Positions 58,532 to 64,000 of a DNA stretch of 64,000 bases are shown in pieces. Source of the DNA: Staphylococcus phage Machias; the sequence record MW349128.1. One strand, 5' to 3'. Made by a program: the position numbers and the translations under genes. The notes below the pieces were generated by a model. It saw only the letters and a list, made by a program, of their open reading frames with translations. It was not told the DNA's origin and made no database searches. Within the stretch, counting starts at the first letter, position 1. The number at the start of each line of letters is the position of its first letter.

Positions 58532-59311
58532 ATGGAGAAAATTAACAAATACTATGCTAGTAAATCTGAAAAAGAATTTATGGAATTAACTTTCAATGAA
58601 AATGAAACAAACTATTTTGACTTTAAATGGAAAGTTTTAAGCAAATTATTCGCTGAAATGCAGTTAAAGTATAATGAAAGATTTTTCATAACTCATGAAG
58701 AATATGATGATAATGATGGCTTATTTGGTGTTAGATTATTTTTTGATGCTTTCCCTACAGTAAAATATAAATATAAGGGTAAAAAAAATAAAATGGAACT
58801 TCTCTTTTACGCTACAATACGTTTTAGTTTAAAAGAAGAAGACGATAACTATATTAAGATTAGAGCTTTCCCTGTATATAATAATAGTAAGATAGGTAAA
58901 AGATTATTTAGTAAAAGATCTGGTATATTTGATGATGATGGTGAACTATATTTACATCATAGCTTTAATGAAGAAATTATATCTCGATTTTTAAAATATT
59001 ATAAAAGTCATATACAAAAAGGAAAAAGAGCTGTAGAACTCAAAGATGATTTATATAAAATATTTAATGATACAAATAAATTAATCTTTGAATTACTGGA
59101 TCAGATACAAGACCATTCAGATATTGAATTTCTTATTGCACCGGATTGGGATTTTAGCGTTAAGGAAAAGGTAAAAGAAAAAGGTTTTAGTTTTGAAAAA
59201 GAATATGATAAGTATATCAGTTTAAATGATTTTGACGCTGATGCATATTTTAGAGAAATAACTGATGAGAAAGAGATTAAAAAATTTAAAGTCAAGAAAG
59301 GATTTTCCTAA
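58532..59311 (+). CDS. C-tail family paralog 9 (259 aa; ...ITDEKEIKKFKVKKGFS)
   Basis: RBS aaaggagtt. Confidence 0.6.
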   Translation: MEKINKYYASKSEKEFMELTFNENETNYFDFKWKVLSKLFAEMQLKYNERFFITHEEYDDNDGLFGVRLFFDAFPTVKYKYKGKKNKMELLFYATIRFSLKEEDDNYIKIRAFPVYNNSKIGKRLFSKRSGIFDDDGELYLHHSFNEEIISRFLKYYKSHIQKGKRAVELKDDLYKIFNDTNKLIFELLDQIQDHSDIEFLIAPDWDFSVKEKVKEKGFSFEKEYDKYISLNDFDADAYFREITDEKEIKKFKVKKGFS

Positions 59312-59312
59312 T

Positions 59313-60122
59313 ATGAAAAATAATACAAAATATTTTATAGATAAAGAAAGAGACGAATTAATTGAAATTGATAGAAATTATCTTAACCGATATGAATATA
59401 TTGCATATGTATTAACCACTATGGATATTAATAATATTTTAAGTAGTAAAGGATACGCTAAATCTTTCATAGATAATATTTCTAAAGAAGAAGATTATAT
59501 GAATTTTCATTATAAAGAAATTGATAATGATATTTATTTTATAGACAAACATAATAAAAATGATGCTTTTAAAAGATTTAATACTAATTTTCATATTAAT
59601 TTCAATACTGGTAGAATGGATAAAATTGAAACTGGAGAATTTAAATTAGATTTTCATTTTGATAATTCATTATATAAAGAATATTTCAATACAATTACTA
59701 ATGGTTTAGTAAATGAAAATAATTTAGTTAATGAAGGAATAAATGAAAAAATGAGATCTCTTGTAAATATTGAATTATTTGAAAAGAGTTTATACGAGAT
59801 CAAATATAATAATGAATCATTTATGGATTTAAGTTTTTCAATATCGGCATTTGAGAAAAATCCTATTATTAAATTTATAGAAGATTTTAAGGATTTATTC
59901 TTTATAATATTATATCAGAATAATCTTAGTGTATTAATGTCTCTTTATGAGATTAAATATATGTATAAAGATGATATAGAATTTTATATTAGTTTCTCCA
60001 GTAAGGGTGGCGGTTTAATTAATTTATTACATCTAATAGAAAGTGATGAAAATGATTTATTCAAAGAATTAACAGATGAAAAAGATATTAAAAATTTTAA
60101 AGTCAAGAAAGGATTTTCATAA
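59313..60122 (+). CDS. C-tail family paralog 10 (start re-set to ATG 59313; ...LTDEKDIKNFKVKKGFS)
   Basis: ATG directly after the upstream stop; the track start at 59265 overlaps the previous gene. Confidence 0.55.
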   Translation: MKNNTKYFIDKERDELIEIDRNYLNRYEYIAYVLTTMDINNILSSKGYAKSFIDNISKEEDYMNFHYKEIDNDIYFIDKHNKNDAFKRFNTNFHINFNTGRMDKIETGEFKLDFHFDNSLYKEYFNTITNGLVNENNLVNEGINEKMRSLVNIELFEKSLYEIKYNNESFMDLSFSISAFEKNPIIKFIEDFKDLFFIILYQNNLSVLMSLYEIKYMYKDDIEFYISFSSKGGGLINLLHLIESDENDLFKELTDEKDIKNFKVKKGFS

Positions 60123-60859
60123 TGGAATATAATAATTATTATAGATATAAATTAGATGGAAAAATACTTCACTTTAATATGGATAGAACTGACTTGCGTA
60201 GAGATATATTGGCTGAAATATTTACTAAAATGCAGATGGAATATATTTATAAAAATGAAGAAATGATCATCAGACCAAGAAACTTTAGACATCGATCTGT
60301 ACTTTCTTTAGTTTATTCTCTTTTTAATGATAAAGTAGTTAAAATCGAACAAATTTCTAAAATATTAATTAAAGATCATGCAAGAGATTTATTAAAATAT
60401 AATACGAATTTTAATTTAGAATTTAATTCTATTTTAGATAAAGGAATATTTAAAAAAGATTTTCCAAAGGAATCTTTTCATGACAAAACAGAAAGTAATA
60501 TGAATGGATACTCAATTTTAAGTGATAATATAAGACATACTAGTGAAAATTTTGTTAATCTAGAAGATAGAGATCGTATTTTAAATTTTGGAGAAATAGA
60601 ATTTCTAGTCAAAGAATTTAATAGAGCTCTTTTAAATTATCTTATGGATTTAGTGGAATATGGAGATTTAGAATTAAATGTTAAGAAATCAGAGTTAGCA
60701 TATTTTATGACCGGAATATATACAAAAATGGAAGAACAAGAAGACAAATTATTTTCTATATTCGATTATAAATTTTTACTTAATGAATCTGGGTTATTTG
60801 AAGAGGTTACAGATGAAAAAGTTATTAAAGAATATTTAGTGAAAAATAATTTTAAATAA
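60122..60859 (+). CDS. C-tail family paralog 11 (245 aa; ...VTDEKVIKEYLVKNNFK)
   Basis: Start overlaps the upstream stop (ATAATGG). Confidence 0.6.
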   Translation: MEYNNYYRYKLDGKILHFNMDRTDLRRDILAEIFTKMQMEYIYKNEEMIIRPRNFRHRSVLSLVYSLFNDKVVKIEQISKILIKDHARDLLKYNTNFNLEFNSILDKGIFKKDFPKESFHDKTESNMNGYSILSDNIRHTSENFVNLEDRDRILNFGEIEFLVKEFNRALLNYLMDLVEYGDLELNVKKSELAYFMTGIYTKMEEQEDKLFSIFDYKFLLNESGLFEEVTDEKVIKEYLVKNNFK

Positions 60860-60873
60860 AGGAGGATTTTTCG

Positions 60874-61734
60874 TTGAATAAAAATAAAGATTATTATCTA
60901 TATAAATTAGAAGACAAAATGTACACAGTTGAAAATGAAATTGAAGATTTATCGGATATAGGTATAAAGAATTTTATAACTCCAGAAATTAATACTTTAA
61001 GTCATATATTCTCAAATTTACAATTCTCACATAAAGAAAATAGAAACCCTGATAAATCTCCTTTTATGCTTTTTAATATTTTTAAAGAGGAACCAAGACA
61101 TATTAAAGGAGCTATTATAGATATAATGCCATTTCTACCTTTTTTAGCTTATAATATAAACGATTCAAAAATATTAAATAATTTTAGTATAAATTTAAAT
61201 TCAGATGTCAAATTTCATGAAAAAGGTGAATATAAAGATAAAGACGATAATGATATTTATGTACTTAAAAATGGCATTGATCTTAGTTTAGAATTGAGTA
61301 TTTCAAATCTTGGAACTGAATTAGACAAAAAATTATTTAATGAATCATGTGGAAATGTCTTTGAGTTTAAAGGAGAAAATAATACATTAGTATTTAAAAT
61401 AAATAAATTTATACCTGAAGAAGATCCAATTCAACTATATAATGCTTTAAAGAAAAATAATCTAGGTCATCATAGGATGTATAAATTTCTTCTAAATATA
61501 AATAATGAAATACTAACATTATTGAATAAAATAACCAATCATCTTAATATAAATTTTTATTTAAATGAAAGATATTTTTTAGAATTTAGCAAAGATGATT
61601 TAAAAATAAAAGAAGAAGATATTAAAGATAAATATGTAGAATTATTTAGTTATATAGATGAAACAGATACATTTGAGAAAATTAATGATGAAAAGATTAT
61701 AGCTAAATATAAAGTAAGAGATAATTTTAAATAA
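60874..61734 (+). CDS. C-tail family paralog 12 (286 aa; ...INDEKIIAKYKVRDNFK)
   Basis: RBS aaaggagga; TTG start in the track. Confidence 0.55.
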   Translation: MNKNKDYYLYKLEDKMYTVENEIEDLSDIGIKNFITPEINTLSHIFSNLQFSHKENRNPDKSPFMLFNIFKEEPRHIKGAIIDIMPFLPFLAYNINDSKILNNFSINLNSDVKFHEKGEYKDKDDNDIYVLKNGIDLSLELSISNLGTELDKKLFNESCGNVFEFKGENNTLVFKINKFIPEEDPIQLYNALKKNNLGHHRMYKFLLNINNEILTLLNKITNHLNINFYLNERYFLEFSKDDLKIKEEDIKDKYVELFSYIDETDTFEKINDEKIIAKYKVRDNFK

Positions 61735-61796
61735 AATTAAAATTCTATAATAACGGAAAATTATAGTAGTATAACTAGGAGATGAAATTAGATAAT

Positions 61797-64000
61797 GAAA
61801 ATTAAACGATTAAAGTTAGTTAACTTTATAGGTATATATGCTGGGACAGGTCTTAAAGAAATTGAGATAGACTTCAGTAAGAGTAAAAATAATATGATAA
61901 TGCTACTTGGAAATAACGGATCTAGTAAGACTGTGATACTTTCACAACTAAGTCCGTATAGAACTTCTAATGATAATCGTAAGACAATTACGATTGAAGG
62001 AGAAAAAGGAGTTAAAGAAATCGATTATATTAAAGGTAATGATGTATATAAAATTAAACATCATTATGGTAAAAATAGTTCTCAGAATAAATCATTTATT
62101 AAAAAGAATGATGAAGAATTAAATGAAAATGGTGGCATTAAACTGTTTAATGAAATAGTTGATAATGAATTAGACGTATCACAAGAATATTTCACAGTAG
62201 GTAGATTAGGAGATAATGTATCTAACTTTATAGACTATACTACAGGTGATCGTAAAACATATATTAACAAATTTGTACCTAATATTGATAAGTATTTAGA
62301 AGCTTATAAAGTTGCTAATGAAAAGAAAAAGCTTATTGATAAAGATCTTAAGTCATTAAGATTTGATTTAGATAAATATAAAGAATTTGATGAAATTAAG
62401 AAAGAAAAAGAAGTACTAGAAAATTTAATTAATGAAATTCAAGATGAATTAGATAATGCTAATAAAGAAAAGACTTCTAATGAGACCAAATTAAATTCTA
62501 TTATGGAAGAAAAGTATAATGAAATTCATCCAACTCAATTAAAAGAAAATTTAATTAATGAACTTCATGAACTTGAAAATGAATTAGAAAAAGAAAGAAA
62601 GTTAAAAGAATCTAATGAAAATCTAAATAATTATACATTAGAATCTGCTAATGAAAAGAAAGAAAAAGTATCTTCTATACTTAATGAAGTTCATACAAAT
62701 TTAACATCAACTAAAAAGGATAAAGAATCTAATCAAGATAAATTAGATGATTTAATTAGTAGAAAATCTAAAATTGAATCTAGAATGAATGCTATTAAGT
62801 TCAATGAAGATTATGATGCTTCACAGGAAATTGATGAAATTCTTCAATCATATAAAGATGATCTAACTGATTTAGATAATGATATAGATGTTGCTAGAGG
62901 ATCCTATTTCAATAACTTTAATATTAAAATTAAAGATAATATTGAAGTTAATACACTTAATTTATATATAGATAACCTATTAAATAAAGTTAATAAATTC
63001 AAGAGTCTAGTTAATGATAATAAATTTAAATATAATGATATTCATGGAGATTTTGAAACTGAAATTAAATCTAATAAAGAAAAAATTTCTATGAACCTAA
63101 ATGAAGCTAATGAACTTAATACAAGTCTTAATCAAATTAAAGGTAAATCAGATTTACTTAAAATATTAGAACAAAAAGATCATGAACATTATAAAGAATG
63201 TGTATTTGTACCTTTAGTAGTTGATTTTAAAGATAATGAATATGATTCAATTGATAAATTGGAAACTAGAGTTAATGAACTTTATGAAGAAAATAATCAG
63301 TTAGAAAATGATAATGAACTTCTTTCTAATCATATCGATATATTAAATCAATTTAATTATATTAAAGAAGATGTCGATTCATTAAACGAATATTTAGGTT
63401 TTGATATTATTACTATGGATAATATTAAAGAGATATTTATTAATAATAGCTCATTTACTAATGAAGAAAATAGCTTGAAATCATTATCAGATAATGTTAA
63501 TGAAATTAGAACATCTGAACGCAATAGAGATGAATTATCTAAAGAATTGGAAAGAAAAAGATATGCGTTTAAAGAAGATCATTCTAATCAAAAATTAATG
63601 AATCAATATAACGAAGATAAAGCTGAATTAGAAAAGCAGATTGAAGAAGTTAAAAGTAATAAAGATAATATCTTAGAGAATCTTAATGAACTTAATGCAA
63701 AGAAAGATAAAGGACAAAATACTTTAGACATTATTAATGAATTTATTAATTTAACAGAAAAGTCTGATGAAATTAAATCTAACATTAAAGATAAACAATC
63801 TAATATTGATGAAGTTGATAAAGATTTAAATAATTTAAGTAGATTATATGAACTTAATCAACAATCAGATAGTAAGATTAATTCTATTAAAGATAATTTA
63901 ACTATGAAGAAAAATGATTTAGAATCTACTAAAGAAAAATACTTTACAGTAAATACGATTATTAATAAGATTGATGATATTGAGAAAGTATTATGGAAAT
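61797..64000 (+). CDS. SbcC/Rad50-like (T4 gp46-like) recombination/repair ATPase, 3'-truncated by the window end
   Basis: N-terminal Walker A LLGNNGSSKTVILSQL followed by >600 aa of uninterrupted coiled-coil-type sequence; RBS aactaggagatg; no stop before 64000. Confidence 0.65.

Noticed and set aside
1-64000. Identification as Staphylococcus phage Twort (which also has nrdE introns with an HNH endonuclease)
   Set aside because: A split multisubunit RNAP beta-prime gene and two giant tape-measure-like genes are not features I associate with Twort-like phages. GC also looks lower. Without a search, no specific phage is named.

Overview
This window is a very AT-rich segment (roughly 25-28% GC by eye) of a large double-stranded DNA phage, probably a jumbo phage of a low-GC Firmicute. 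Recognisable genes: a class Ib ribonucleotide reductase cluster (NrdH-like fragment, nrdI, nrdE, nrdF); a leftward virion/tail module with two tandem ~1,900-aa tape-measure-like proteins carrying CHAP, lysozyme, M23 peptidase and SGNH hydrolase domains; a Dda/RecD-like helicase; a MoxR-like AAA+ ATPase paired with a VWA/HExxH protein; the C-terminal half of a family-B DNA polymerase; the N-terminal half of a non-canonical multisubunit-RNAP beta-prime-like subunit; an NT5C-like HAD nucleotidase; and the start of an SbcC/gp46-like ATPase. The most unusual content is (1) at least eight group I intron(-like) elements in 64 kb: two in nrdE (one with an HNH homing endonuclease), two in polB, three in the beta-prime gene (one through the catalytic DFDGD motif), and six of them are ~150-160-nt ORF-less mini-introns of one family; (2) an IStron-like composite on the minus strand, a mini-intron core fused to an IS200/605-family TnpB with a GC-rich candidate omega-RNA region; (3) a tandem array of 12 paralogous genes at 51.9-61.7 kb with unrelated N-terminal bodies but a conserved C-terminal tail TDEKEIKKYLVKENFK, which is a candidate undescribed system; (4) an exact 17-nt motif AAATATATATTATAAAA upstream of five rightward units, probably a phage-RNAP promoter. 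No rRNA, tRNA or CRISPR was recognised. Intron boundaries are approximate (within a few to ~20 nt), and all functions are inferred from motifs read by eye.
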